Shown piece after piece: positions 36,983 to 46,099 of a stretch of 64,000 bases of DNA. Made by a program: the position numbers and the translations under genes. Within the stretch, counting starts at the first letter, position 1. The number at the start of each line of letters is the position of its first letter. This stretch comes from Candidatus Omnitrophota bacterium (GTDB taxonomy: Bacteria > Omnitrophota > Gorgyraeia > B26-G9). The stretch spans positions 5,669-69,668 of the forward strand of contig JBDRPX010000037.1 in the NCBI GenBank assembly GCA_043826565.1, written 5' to 3'. The notes under the pieces are model-generated. The model was not told where the DNA came from. It was given only the letters and a program-made list of their open reading frames with translations, and made no database searches.

Positions 36983-38029
36983 TTGACAAAACATGATGAT
37001 AGGATTAAACTAAAGTACATGATAAACAGGAGAAAGTTTAAAAATATACTAATTTTCGGGCATAGCAATATTGGAGATGTTTGTTATGACCTGATCCTGG
37101 CTAAGCCTTTGCGCGATACATTCCCGCAGGCGCGGATTAGTTTTGTTACTTCCGCGCAGGCGATGGAAATAGCTAAAAGTGTCAAAAGTATAGATGAGGT
37201 GATTGTTTTTGATAAACACAGCGTGCATAAAGGCTTATCCGGATATCTGAGATTTATCAGCCAAATCCGCAGAAAACATTTTGACTTAAATATTATTTTG
37301 CGTGATGTCCAAATGCATTATTTTTTCGGTATTCCTACCCAAATAAAGAGTAAAAAAAAATCCACCCAAGTTAAACAGAAGCATCCGGCTCAGAAGAACA
37401 TTGAATTGCTCGAGAGGATTGGCATTAGCTGGGTAACTCCGGAGTTTGAACTTGATTTTTCTGATAAAGAAGAAGATTCTGTTAATCAGATAATCGGCGC
37501 AGTAGGTAAAGATTCTTTAACCGTAGGGATAATGCCGTTTTCCGCCTGGAGGCTTAAATGCTGGCCGGTGGATAAATGGAATAAATTGATTGAATTTTTA
37601 ACCGGAGAGTTAACCGCAAAAGTTTTTGTTTTTGGAAAAAGCAGCGGAAGTCCCTGGGAAGAAGATTTTAAAATAAAACTCACTCAAAAGGCAATTTCAC
37701 TTATTGATAAATGTACTTTACGGGAAAGCTTGGCGGCAATTAAAAAACTGGATTTGTTTATCGGCTCGGATACCAGCTTGCTTCATTTTGCAAGTTGTCT
37801 GCATATCCCAACGATCGGATTATACGGGCCTACGGACCATAAAGTGTTTTATCCGTTTTTTCACAAAAATCTTGTTCTGAGCGCGGAAAGTCCGCTTGAG
37901 TGTATGCCTTGCTACCGCAACCCGGAAGTCGGCCCCTGCGGAGTTAAGGACAACCCGGCGCAATGCATGTTGGATATTACCGTCGAACAGGTAATCAACA
38001 AGGTGAAACAGGTAACAGAATTCAGATGA
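36983..38029 (+). CDS. glycosyltransferase family 9 (LPS heptosyltransferase-like)
   Basis: ILIFGHSNIGDVCYDL N-terminus and C-terminal GSDTSLLHFA motif typical of GT9. Confidence 0.65.
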   Translation: MTKHDDRIKLKYMINRRKFKNILIFGHSNIGDVCYDLILAKPLRDTFPQARISFVTSAQAMEIAKSVKSIDEVIVFDKHSVHKGLSGYLRFISQIRRKHFDLNIILRDVQMHYFFGIPTQIKSKKKSTQVKQKHPAQKNIELLERIGISWVTPEFELDFSDKEEDSVNQIIGAVGKDSLTVGIMPFSAWRLKCWPVDKWNKLIEFLTGELTAKVFVFGKSSGSPWEEDFKIKLTQKAISLIDKCTLRESLAAIKKLDLFIGSDTSLLHFASCLHIPTIGLYGPTDHKVFYPFFHKNLVLSAESPLECMPCYRNPEVGPCGVKDNPAQCMLDITVEQVINKVKQVTEFR

Positions 38030-38076
38030 CAGATGTCAGAAAAAATTTTAATGCAAAAACAAAATAGAGGCGTTAA

Positions 38077-38877
38077 ATGAATATAATAAAACCGATGTTA
38101 ATAATTGGATTTTTATTCTTATTTATGTATTTTTACGCGCGATATCTGGAAAGAAGCAGTCTGTATTATCCGGATAAAAATACAGAATCCACTCCCCAAG
38201 ATGCGGGAATCACTTATGAAGATGTATTTTTTAGCGCTGCGGATAAGGTCAAACTTCATGGATGGTTTATCCCTGCCGCCGGGCTAAACACAATAATTTT
38301 TTGTCACGGCAATGGCGGTAATATCAGCCATCGGATAGACAAGATATCGTTTTTTCATAACCTGGGGGTTAATATTTTTATGTTTGATTACCGCGGTTAT
38401 GGTAAAAGCGCGGGCCGGCCGAGCGAAGCCGGGCTGTATCAGGATGCTCAGGCTGCTTATGAGTATGTGAAATCACGCACAGCTTCAGAAAAGCAAAAAA
38501 TCATTATTTACGGAGAATCATTAGGCGGAGCAGTTGCGGTTGATCTGGCAAGTAAAGTAAAAGCTGATGGGCTTATTTTAGAAAGTACGTTTTCTAATGT
38601 CGCGGATATGGCCCGGGTTATTTATCCGTTTTTACCGGAATTTTTAATAAAAAGTAAATTTAATTCGATAGCAAAAATTACTGATATCAAAATCCCCAAA
38701 TTGTTCATGCATAGTGAAGATGATAATATTGTTCCTTTTAAATTAGGTAAAAAGCTTTTTGATACAGCGGGCTTGCCAAAGACCTTTTTAAAAATAGAAG
38801 GTATCCATAATGACGCGTTTTATATATCTCAGGCCAAGATAAAACCAATTATTAAATCATTCCTGGAATCAATATAA
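38077..38877 (+). CDS. alpha/beta-hydrolase (S9/S33-like serine hydrolase) with N-terminal TM anchor
   Basis: HGNGGN oxyanion region, GESLGG nucleophile elbow, downstream D/H. Confidence 0.6.
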   Translation: MNIIKPMLIIGFLFLFMYFYARYLERSSLYYPDKNTESTPQDAGITYEDVFFSAADKVKLHGWFIPAAGLNTIIFCHGNGGNISHRIDKISFFHNLGVNIFMFDYRGYGKSAGRPSEAGLYQDAQAAYEYVKSRTASEKQKIIIYGESLGGAVAVDLASKVKADGLILESTFSNVADMARVIYPFLPEFLIKSKFNSIAKITDIKIPKLFMHSEDDNIVPFKLGKKLFDTAGLPKTFLKIEGIHNDAFYISQAKIKPIIKSFLESI

Positions 38878-38903
38878 CTAATTATTTTTAAATTATTAAT
38901 GGG

Positions 38904-39455
38904 CTAATCTGTGTTTACCGGCTGTATTGGCCGGGGCGGAGGTAGCGGTATGCGCAGCTGCTGTTGCTGGAGAATTCTCATTTGCTGCTGATGTTGGATC
39001 TGCATTTGAATTCTTTGAGAATTTTGATAGGTGTTGACAGTATCTAGTGTTTGTTTTGTCCGGATCGCTTCTTCGGTTATGGAGCGAAGCCATTGCTGGT
39101 AATGCTGCATGTCAAAATCAGTATACTCTGTTGAGATCACGCCGAGTTTTTGCAGTTCATCCATAATCGCTCCGGGATTATCTTCGGCCCAGCTGTAAAG
39201 TTCTCCGTCAACGAATATCAAAGATATGATTTTATCTTTCTTGAAAAGACTGCCTTTTTCTTTGTAATCCCAAACTTCCACGGGATATTTATCGCGGGTC
39301 ATTCCCACCGGGGCTTTTGTTGAGGGTTCTCCCCAAAGTTGAACTACCTGTTCCATGGTAAAACCGTTTTCTAAAGCAGGTTTTTTCTTTTGCGCAGTGG
39401 CACAGCCAGCGCTGGTAAAAGCGATTAAAATTAGGATGGTAATAAATCTTCTCAT
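38904..39455 (-). CDS. lipoprotein with BamE-like N-domain and C-terminal Gln-rich tail
   Basis: MRRFITILILIAFTSAGC lipobox; GFTMEQVVQLWGEP; tail QMQIQHQQQMRILQQQQLRIPLPPPRP. Confidence 0.45.
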   Translation of the reverse strand: MRRFITILILIAFTSAGCATAQKKKPALENGFTMEQVVQLWGEPSTKAPVGMTRDKYPVEVWDYKEKGSLFKKDKIISLIFVDGELYSWAEDNPGAIMDELQKLGVISTEYTDFDMQHYQQWLRSITEEAIRTKQTLDTVNTYQNSQRIQMQIQHQQQMRILQQQQLRIPLPPPRPIQPVNTD

Positions 39456-39550
39456 ATCTTGAAATTTAACATAAATAATATTAATTGTCAAAGTAATAAA
39501 GTGAGTGTATCAAATCCTATTTGCCATTTTATATGAGAAATTTTTTAAGA

Positions 39551-39588
39551 TTGTCAATTTTGACAATCTTAAAAGAGTATTATATAAT
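39551..39588 (+). promoter_or_regulatory. canonical promoter TTGACA-17-TATAAT whose -35 lies inside perfect palindrome TTGTCAA-TT-TTGACAA
   Basis: ttgtcaattttgacaa 39551-39566; tataat about 39583-39588; ATG at 39599. Confidence 0.5.
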
Positions 39589-39598
39589 ATTACGAAAT

Positions 39599-40201
39599 AT
39601 GAAAATAACCCTGAAATCACTTTTAGCATCTATCGTAGCAATATTTATATGTTTCCTTTTAACTATCGGGTATTCAGATGTAAAAGGAGAAGAAGAACTA
39701 GCCTGCGTTTTAAAAGCGTCTAAAAACGTATTTAATAGCGGCGAAAATATAACTTTATTAGTAACTGTAAAAAATTATACCCACAAAGAGATTTATTTCA
39801 TAGACTATAAACAAAGGAATGCTCCGTTTGGCAGTACTATGCCGATTATAACTAATGATCAAGAGCAAAAAATCAATATTATTTGGAAGATATCTAAAGT
39901 ATATCCGCCTCTTCCTCCAACAGTTACAGCAATTAAAATCATTCCGGACGGAGAATGGACAACAAAAATTCAATTAAGCCCGGACAATCTGCGTTTAGTG
40001 CAAAAAGATGTAGATAGTTTCATGCCGCCGGGAAAGTATCAGATTAAAATTAACTTTAATCCGCCAGCTTTAGAAGTTTGCGAGATTAAAGTAGAAGAAC
40101 TTAGAAATCCGTTTGGATTAGAAGAATTGAAGAAAATGAATGTTGATTTTTGGTCTGGAAATGTTCAATCAAATGCGATTAATATAAAAACAATTAAATA
40201 A
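39599..40201 (+). CDS. hypothetical secreted protein
   Basis: N-terminal signal peptide MKITLKSLLASIVAIFICFLL; no recognisable domain. Confidence 0.45.
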   Translation: MKITLKSLLASIVAIFICFLLTIGYSDVKGEEELACVLKASKNVFNSGENITLLVTVKNYTHKEIYFIDYKQRNAPFGSTMPIITNDQEQKINIIWKISKVYPPLPPTVTAIKIIPDGEWTTKIQLSPDNLRLVQKDVDSFMPPGKYQIKINFNPPALEVCEIKVEELRNPFGLEELKKMNVDFWSGNVQSNAINIKTIK

Positions 40202-40538
40202 AAAATAGTAACTTGAAATAAAAGTTGATTTTTCGACTCAAAACTAAATTAGCAGTAATTAAGAAAGTATGATATACTTGAACATAGAGGACAGGCGAGT
40301 TCGTGTAGTACGTTTTAGATTTGGATCAAGAAATAAGTTCAAAAGTTAAAGTGTAGTGTAACACCGCCTGTCCTTATTTAATTCTACTAAAAGATCATCA
40401 AGCATAACCCCTTTAATACAAAGGGGTTATGTAATAATAGGCCATTCTGATAAAAATTTGCAAGAATATTTTTCTTATGGTATACTTTATAATCTTATTT
40501 TATATATTTAAAAAGATTTTCTAAACAAAAAGAAAGCA

Positions 40539-42947
40539 ATGAAAAAAATGTCCAAACAAAAATACATAATCTATATTGTCGCATTAATATTTGTGCTGAA
40601 TGTATCTTTAGCCCAGGCAGAAGAAGTATTTATTCAGAGGGATCACCTGGCGCCTCAGGTACAGATAGACAGTATTAATTTTAAAGATGCATATGCCCAA
40701 TTAAGTCAAAAAGATGCTGATGATGCGCGGCAGGCAATGTGGAGTTCTTTAAGAAACGTTTTAAACACACATGGTTTGAAATGGGAAAATTTTGCCAAAG
40801 CTCTTATGGATATAAGATCTAATCTGGACGTTTCTTTTGCTCAGAACCGGGGCAAAAAAACAGGGAAAATCACTAAAGTTGAAAATCTAGCCAGAATGCG
40901 CGGGCTTATTGACGCTTATTTTGGGGACGAGAGCCAATACGGAATGGTCCATATTGAAAAGAATGACGAGCGTCTTGCGGTGATTGACGCGGTTTGGAGT
41001 GATTTAAAAGAACAGTTCCGTTTATTGCAGGAAGCCGGCTTTGCATTTGAAGGGACAAAAGCGGTGGCCCGGGCATTTAAGCGAGATTGGAAAACTATTG
41101 GTAATGAATTTGGATATATTAAAAATGCTGTTGCCGTGGCTTATGCTTTAAAGCGTGGGGTTAGGCGTATAGATTCTTTAGATAAATTACCGGGAAATGA
41201 AAATATTGATAACCTGATCCAGGGGTTTTTTGATACTAACGGAACTTTGGGAATTAAAGATGCCAAGGCTGCCGAGGCTTTTTTAAATGCGGTAAGAGGA
41301 GATATGCAGGCGTATATGGATGAATTGATCGCCCGCGGAAGCAGGTTTAACGGAGTGGAAAGATTGCTTGAAGGCAGAAATATCGATAGGACGAAGATAG
41401 AGGCATTTAAGCAGGAAGCCAGAGAAATTATCCGCGATACATTTTCACAAAACAGATCGCTCAGGGAATTGCCGGAGATGGATGCGATAAAACCGCATAT
41501 GCGTAAAATCGCTACTATCGGCGGACAGAGAGAAAATCTGGGAATAACTGATAAAACATTAGGGAATGATATTATCAGAGCAATATGGGGTGATCTTTTA
41601 TTTTATTTTAATGAAATGAAGGCGCAAGGATCTGAGTTTAGCGGAGCTTTAGAGCTTGCTTCTAAAGTACAAGGTGCTGACCTGAATGCTATCCGCGATC
41701 AGCGGAATAATCTGCGCGCGGAAATTTCCCGGCAATATCATCTGGATCGTACGATTGAACATGTGGAAGATATTACTGCGGTATCCTTGGTTATGGAGTT
41801 TTTATTCGGGGAGAATATGCGGGGAGGCATAGCTAAAATCGGGAATCCCACTACAGCCCGCGCAATACAAACTGCTTTGATCCATGAATTGCAAATATTC
41901 TTACATGAATTGTCCGGAGACGGAGTAAAAATTCCGGCAGAGCAATTATTTTATGAGGAAAACAAAGGGCCTGTTGCCGGAAACTCGCTGGCGGCTTTAG
42001 CCGAATCTTTACGAAACAGGAATGTAAGCCCTGACCAGTGGAATGAAATGATGAGCGCGTTTAAATGTATGCAGAGAAATATTGATTCGGACCATCCTTA
42101 TCCGCGGGCATATGAAAGAGCTCAATCGCCTAATCTGGTTGACCAGTGGCTGAAGCAGTTTAGCCCGTATTATTTTCCGGCAATAACGGATTCCGCAGCA
42201 TTGGCTGAACTCCACCAGGTATTATTGACGGTTTTTTATGATCAACATGGAAATGCGCGGGATCAGCACATGGCTTTGTCTTTAGGATCGCTGGCAAGAA
42301 AGCAGATTACCAAAAAAGAGTGGCTTGAACCGAGAAAAGAGCCGGAACCGGATGGTGCATATGTTATTGAAGATGCTGATCTTGATTCCGCAGATTGGGT
42401 AAATCTTATATACAGCCCAAATGCCCATGGTATTGCAGGAGAAACAGTGGCAAGTTTACAAACTGTTTTAGATGGGTATAATGAAAATATAGATATTATT
42501 ACCCGGGAACAGTGGAGTGAGATTGCCGAGGCTTTTGCGGTTATGAATGGAGCGACTCAGGACGGACCGCATTATCCTGCGGAATACAACAGCCAGGTTG
42601 TGGATGATTGGTATAATTCATTTATTTTTGTTTATACCGACCGTGTTAACGGAAGGTATGCAAGGAATTTTCCGGATGCTTTAAAGCAGCTGCTGATCGC
42701 AGCTTTTTATCGCGATAATGGCCGGGCCAGGGATAAAAGTGAAGCCTTAACATTTACTAAGGCTATTGGTAATATGTTGACCGCGGAATCCAGATATACA
42801 AGAATACGGAAAAAACTGTTGGCAGAACGTGTTCCGGAGCTTGATCTGGATGCCTATCTGAATGAAAATCCTGGGGACGGCCCGCAACAGATGTTTCAGG
42901 AATTTGGAATTAATAGAGCGGCTGAGTTAGTGGAAAACGCCATATAA
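40539..42947 (+). CDS. large secreted protein, diverged sixth member (F) of the EQAI-terminus family, with internal tandem domain duplications
   Basis: signal peptide KQKYIIYIVALIFVL; HLAPQVQIDSINFKDAYAQLSQKD motif; C-term AELVENAI-stop; two pairs of internal repeats about 90 aa each. Confidence 0.65.
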   Translation: MKKMSKQKYIIYIVALIFVLNVSLAQAEEVFIQRDHLAPQVQIDSINFKDAYAQLSQKDADDARQAMWSSLRNVLNTHGLKWENFAKALMDIRSNLDVSFAQNRGKKTGKITKVENLARMRGLIDAYFGDESQYGMVHIEKNDERLAVIDAVWSDLKEQFRLLQEAGFAFEGTKAVARAFKRDWKTIGNEFGYIKNAVAVAYALKRGVRRIDSLDKLPGNENIDNLIQGFFDTNGTLGIKDAKAAEAFLNAVRGDMQAYMDELIARGSRFNGVERLLEGRNIDRTKIEAFKQEAREIIRDTFSQNRSLRELPEMDAIKPHMRKIATIGGQRENLGITDKTLGNDIIRAIWGDLLFYFNEMKAQGSEFSGALELASKVQGADLNAIRDQRNNLRAEISRQYHLDRTIEHVEDITAVSLVMEFLFGENMRGGIAKIGNPTTARAIQTALIHELQIFLHELSGDGVKIPAEQLFYEENKGPVAGNSLAALAESLRNRNVSPDQWNEMMSAFKCMQRNIDSDHPYPRAYERAQSPNLVDQWLKQFSPYYFPAITDSAALAELHQVLLTVFYDQHGNARDQHMALSLGSLARKQITKKEWLEPRKEPEPDGAYVIEDADLDSADWVNLIYSPNAHGIAGETVASLQTVLDGYNENIDIITREQWSEIAEAFAVMNGATQDGPHYPAEYNSQVVDDWYNSFIFVYTDRVNGRYARNFPDALKQLLIAAFYRDNGRARDKSEALTFTKAIGNMLTAESRYTRIRKKLLAERVPELDLDAYLNENPGDGPQQMFQEFGINRAAELVENAI

Positions 42948-43182
42948 ATATTAAAAAAACCCTCCGAAATTTCCTTTTACTTCGACTATTGCAGTACCTC
43001 ATGGTTTATGCTAATATACTATCTACTGATTAAATAACCACCCACTAATGGAACTTTTGAAAAATTTTCAGATGCAAGGCCCCGACGAGTGAGCGCGGAG
43101 GCGTCCATTTCGGACGTCGCACAAGTGAAAGAGGAGGAAACGCCGCAGATGGGTGTTTTGCAAAAGTTTCCAAATGCATTTC

Positions 43183-46047
43183 ATGAGTAAAGAGTACATA
43201 ACAATCAAAGGTGCTAAAGAGCACAACCTTAAATCCATAGACCTGGAATTACCGCGGAACAGTTTAGTTGTTATTACCGGGCTTTCCGGTTCCGGGAAAT
43301 CTTCTTTGGCTTTTGATACTATCTATGCCGAAGGTCAGAGAAGGTATGTGGAAAGCCTTTCCGCTTATGCCCGGCAATTTTTAGAGCAGCTGCATAAACC
43401 GGATGTTGAATATATTGAAGGGCTTTCTCCGGCGATTGCTATTGAACAGCGTAATACCGGCTCAAATCCCCGTTCTACTGTAGCCACTCAAACCGAAATT
43501 TATGATTACCTGAGGCTTCTTTTTGCCAGGATCGGCACTCCGTTTTGTTACCGCTGCGGCAGAAAAATTTCCCGGCAGTCATCTCAGCAGATCGTCGACA
43601 GGATACTCGAGATTCCGGTACAGACAAAAATTTATTTACTCGCGCCTTTGGTTCGGGGGCGTAAAGGAGAGTATCGTAAAATATTTGAAGATGTCGGAAA
43701 ATCAGGTTTTGTCCGGGTGCGGGTTGACGGAAATATTTATGATATCAATGAGCCGATCAAGTTGAATAAAAAAAAGAAACATTCCATAGAAGTCGTGGTG
43801 GACCGGCTGATTGTAAAACCGGAAATGTCCCGTCTAAAAACCTTCACATCCTGTGAACCGACCCGATCATTTCATCCTGAAATGAAAAAAAGGCTGACTG
43901 ATTCTGTAGAGACGGCCTTAAAAGTAGGAAATGGAACTTTAATTCTCGCAACTGAAGATGAATCAGGAGCATTAAAAGAGATAATTTTCAGTGAAGTTTA
44001 TGCTTGTGCTGAGTGCGGGATAAGTTTTGAAGAAATGCAGCCGCGGATGTTTTCATTTAATAGTCCATACGGAGCTTGTTCTGCCTGCGCCGGCTTAGGT
44101 AATAAAGTGGAGATAGATGAAGATCTTGTGGTGCAGGATAAGAACAAAACTTTAAGAGAAGGAGCATTGGAGCCCTGGCGCAGAGGCGGCAAAGGTTATC
44201 TGATGTATTATCGCAGTTTGCTGGGAGAGTTGGCTTCTGTAGAAGGATTTAGTCTGGATGCTCCGTTTAAAAAATTGCCCAGAGAAACCCAGAAACTTAT
44301 TCTTTACGGCGGAGATGTTCAGGTCTGGGGAAAACCCTATGAGGGAATAATCCCGCATTTAGAAAGACTTTTTCAGCAGACCGACAGTGATTTTCTAAAG
44401 CAGGAAATTAATAAGTATATGAGTAATCTTCCTTGTCCGGAATGCCGGGGAGCGCGTTTGCGTCCGGAAAGCCTGGCGGTTAAAATCGGGAAATTATCAA
44501 TTAATGATGTGACCAGGTTATCCATATCCGCGGGTTTGGAATTCTTTAATTCTTTAAAATTAAGTGAAAAAGAAAAAATTATTTCCCACCAGGTATTAAA
44601 AGAGATAAAACAGCGTCTTGAATTTATGCTGAATGTCGGCCTGGGATATTTAACTCTGGACCGGCAAAGCAGTACACTCTCCGGCGGAGAAGCCCAGAGA
44701 ATTCGATTAGCTACCCAGATCGGGTCACGTCTTACCGGAGTTATTTATATTCTTGATGAGCCGAGTATCGGGTTGCACCAGCGGGATAATGAAAAACTGC
44801 TGGATACTTTAAAAGCATTAAGAGATTTGGGAAATACCCTGGTGGTTGTTGAGCATGATGAGGCGACCATAACTGCGGCTGATTACATTGTTGATTTGGG
44901 TCCGGGAGCCGGAAGAAACGGCGGCAGTGTTGTCTGTAAAGGAACATTAGCGCAAGTGTTAAAGTGTAAAAATTCTTCAACCGCGAATTATCTTAACGGA
45001 AAACTTAAAATAATTCCGCATTTTGCCAAGCGTTTATATGAAAATAAGAAAATACTTAAGATAATCGGAGCATGTGAACATAATCTGAAAAATATTGATG
45101 TAAGTATTCCTCTGGGGTTATTTGTTTGTGTGACCGGAGTCTCCGGCTCGGGCAAGTCCACGCTTATTGATGAGATCACTTATAAAGCTTTGGCGAAAAA
45201 ATTATATCGTTCTAAGGAAAAACCCGGCCGGCATAAGCAGATAACCGGGATTGAACATATTGATAAAGTAATTGTTATTGATCAGTCGCCGATCGGACGT
45301 ACTCCCCGGTCAAATCCGGCTACCTATACAGGAATTTTTTCTCCGATCCGGGAGTTCTTCGCGCAATTACCGGAGTCAAGGATCAGAGGATATAAGCCGG
45401 GACGGTTCAGTTTTAATGTTAAAGGCGGCCGTTGTGAAGCTTGTCAGGGCGATGGAATTAAAAAAATTGAAATGCATTTTTTACCGGATATATATGTTGA
45501 ATGTGAGATTTGTAAAGGGAAGCGTTATAATGAACAGACATTAGAAGTGAAATATAAAGGCATGTCGATCTCCGATGTATTGGAAATGACGGTAGAAGAT
45601 GCCAAGGAACTGTTCAAGAATATTTCGCGGATTATGAATAAATTACAGGTTTTAAATGATGTCGGATTGGGGTATATTCAGTTAGGACAATCCGCAACTA
45701 CTTTATCCGGCGGGGAAGCGCAAAGAGTAAAACTTTCTACGGAGCTGGCAAAAAAAGCTACCGGACGCACATTATATATTCTTGATGAGCCGACTACCGG
45801 CCTGCACTTTGCGGATGTGGACAAATTGTTGAAAGTTTTGCACACTTTGGTAGACTATGGTAATACCGTGCTGGTTATCGAGCACAATCTGGATGTTATA
45901 AAAACCGCTGATTATATTATTGATCTAGGCCCGGAGGGCGGGGAAAACGGCGGAGAAGTTGTCGGAGCGGGGAGTCCGCAGGAGTTAATGGACAATACAC
46001 GTTCATATACCGGAAAATATTTAAAAAAACACATAGAAAGACACTAA
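43183..46047 (+). CDS. uvrA: excinuclease ABC subunit A
   Basis: two ABC ATPase modules ([18 protein letters not shown]), zinc-finger CxxC pairs, 950+ aa; start taken at MSKEY (track's GTG at 43153 is probably too early). Confidence 0.95.
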   Translation: MSKEYITIKGAKEHNLKSIDLELPRNSLVVITGLSGSGKSSLAFDTIYAEGQRRYVESLSAYARQFLEQLHKPDVEYIEGLSPAIAIEQRNTGSNPRSTVATQTEIYDYLRLLFARIGTPFCYRCGRKISRQSSQQIVDRILEIPVQTKIYLLAPLVRGRKGEYRKIFEDVGKSGFVRVRVDGNIYDINEPIKLNKKKKHSIEVVVDRLIVKPEMSRLKTFTSCEPTRSFHPEMKKRLTDSVETALKVGNGTLILATEDESGALKEIIFSEVYACAECGISFEEMQPRMFSFNSPYGACSACAGLGNKVEIDEDLVVQDKNKTLREGALEPWRRGGKGYLMYYRSLLGELASVEGFSLDAPFKKLPRETQKLILYGGDVQVWGKPYEGIIPHLERLFQQTDSDFLKQEINKYMSNLPCPECRGARLRPESLAVKIGKLSINDVTRLSISAGLEFFNSLKLSEKEKIISHQVLKEIKQRLEFMLNVGLGYLTLDRQSSTLSGGEAQRIRLATQIGSRLTGVIYILDEPSIGLHQRDNEKLLDTLKALRDLGNTLVVVEHDEATITAADYIVDLGPGAGRNGGSVVCKGTLAQVLKCKNSSTANYLNGKLKIIPHFAKRLYENKKILKIIGACEHNLKNIDVSIPLGLFVCVTGVSGSGKSTLIDEITYKALAKKLYRSKEKPGRHKQITGIEHIDKVIVIDQSPIGRTPRSNPATYTGIFSPIREFFAQLPESRIRGYKPGRFSFNVKGGRCEACQGDGIKKIEMHFLPDIYVECEICKGKRYNEQTLEVKYKGMSISDVLEMTVEDAKELFKNISRIMNKLQVLNDVGLGYIQLGQSATTLSGGEAQRVKLSTELAKKATGRTLYILDEPTTGLHFADVDKLLKVLHTLVDYGNTVLVIEHNLDVIKTADYIIDLGPEGGENGGEVVGAGSPQELMDNTRSYTGKYLKKHIERH

Positions 46048-46099
46048 AAATAAGTGTAGGGGCGGGGCTTGCCCCCGCCCGTTATAGAACAAAAATATA

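Noticed and set aside
43153-43182. GTG-initiated N-terminal extension of uvrA given by the ORF track ([10 protein letters not shown])
   Set aside because: Conserved UvrA begins at [11 protein letters not shown] (ATG 43183). The extension overlaps the uORF and hairpin and has no RBS.
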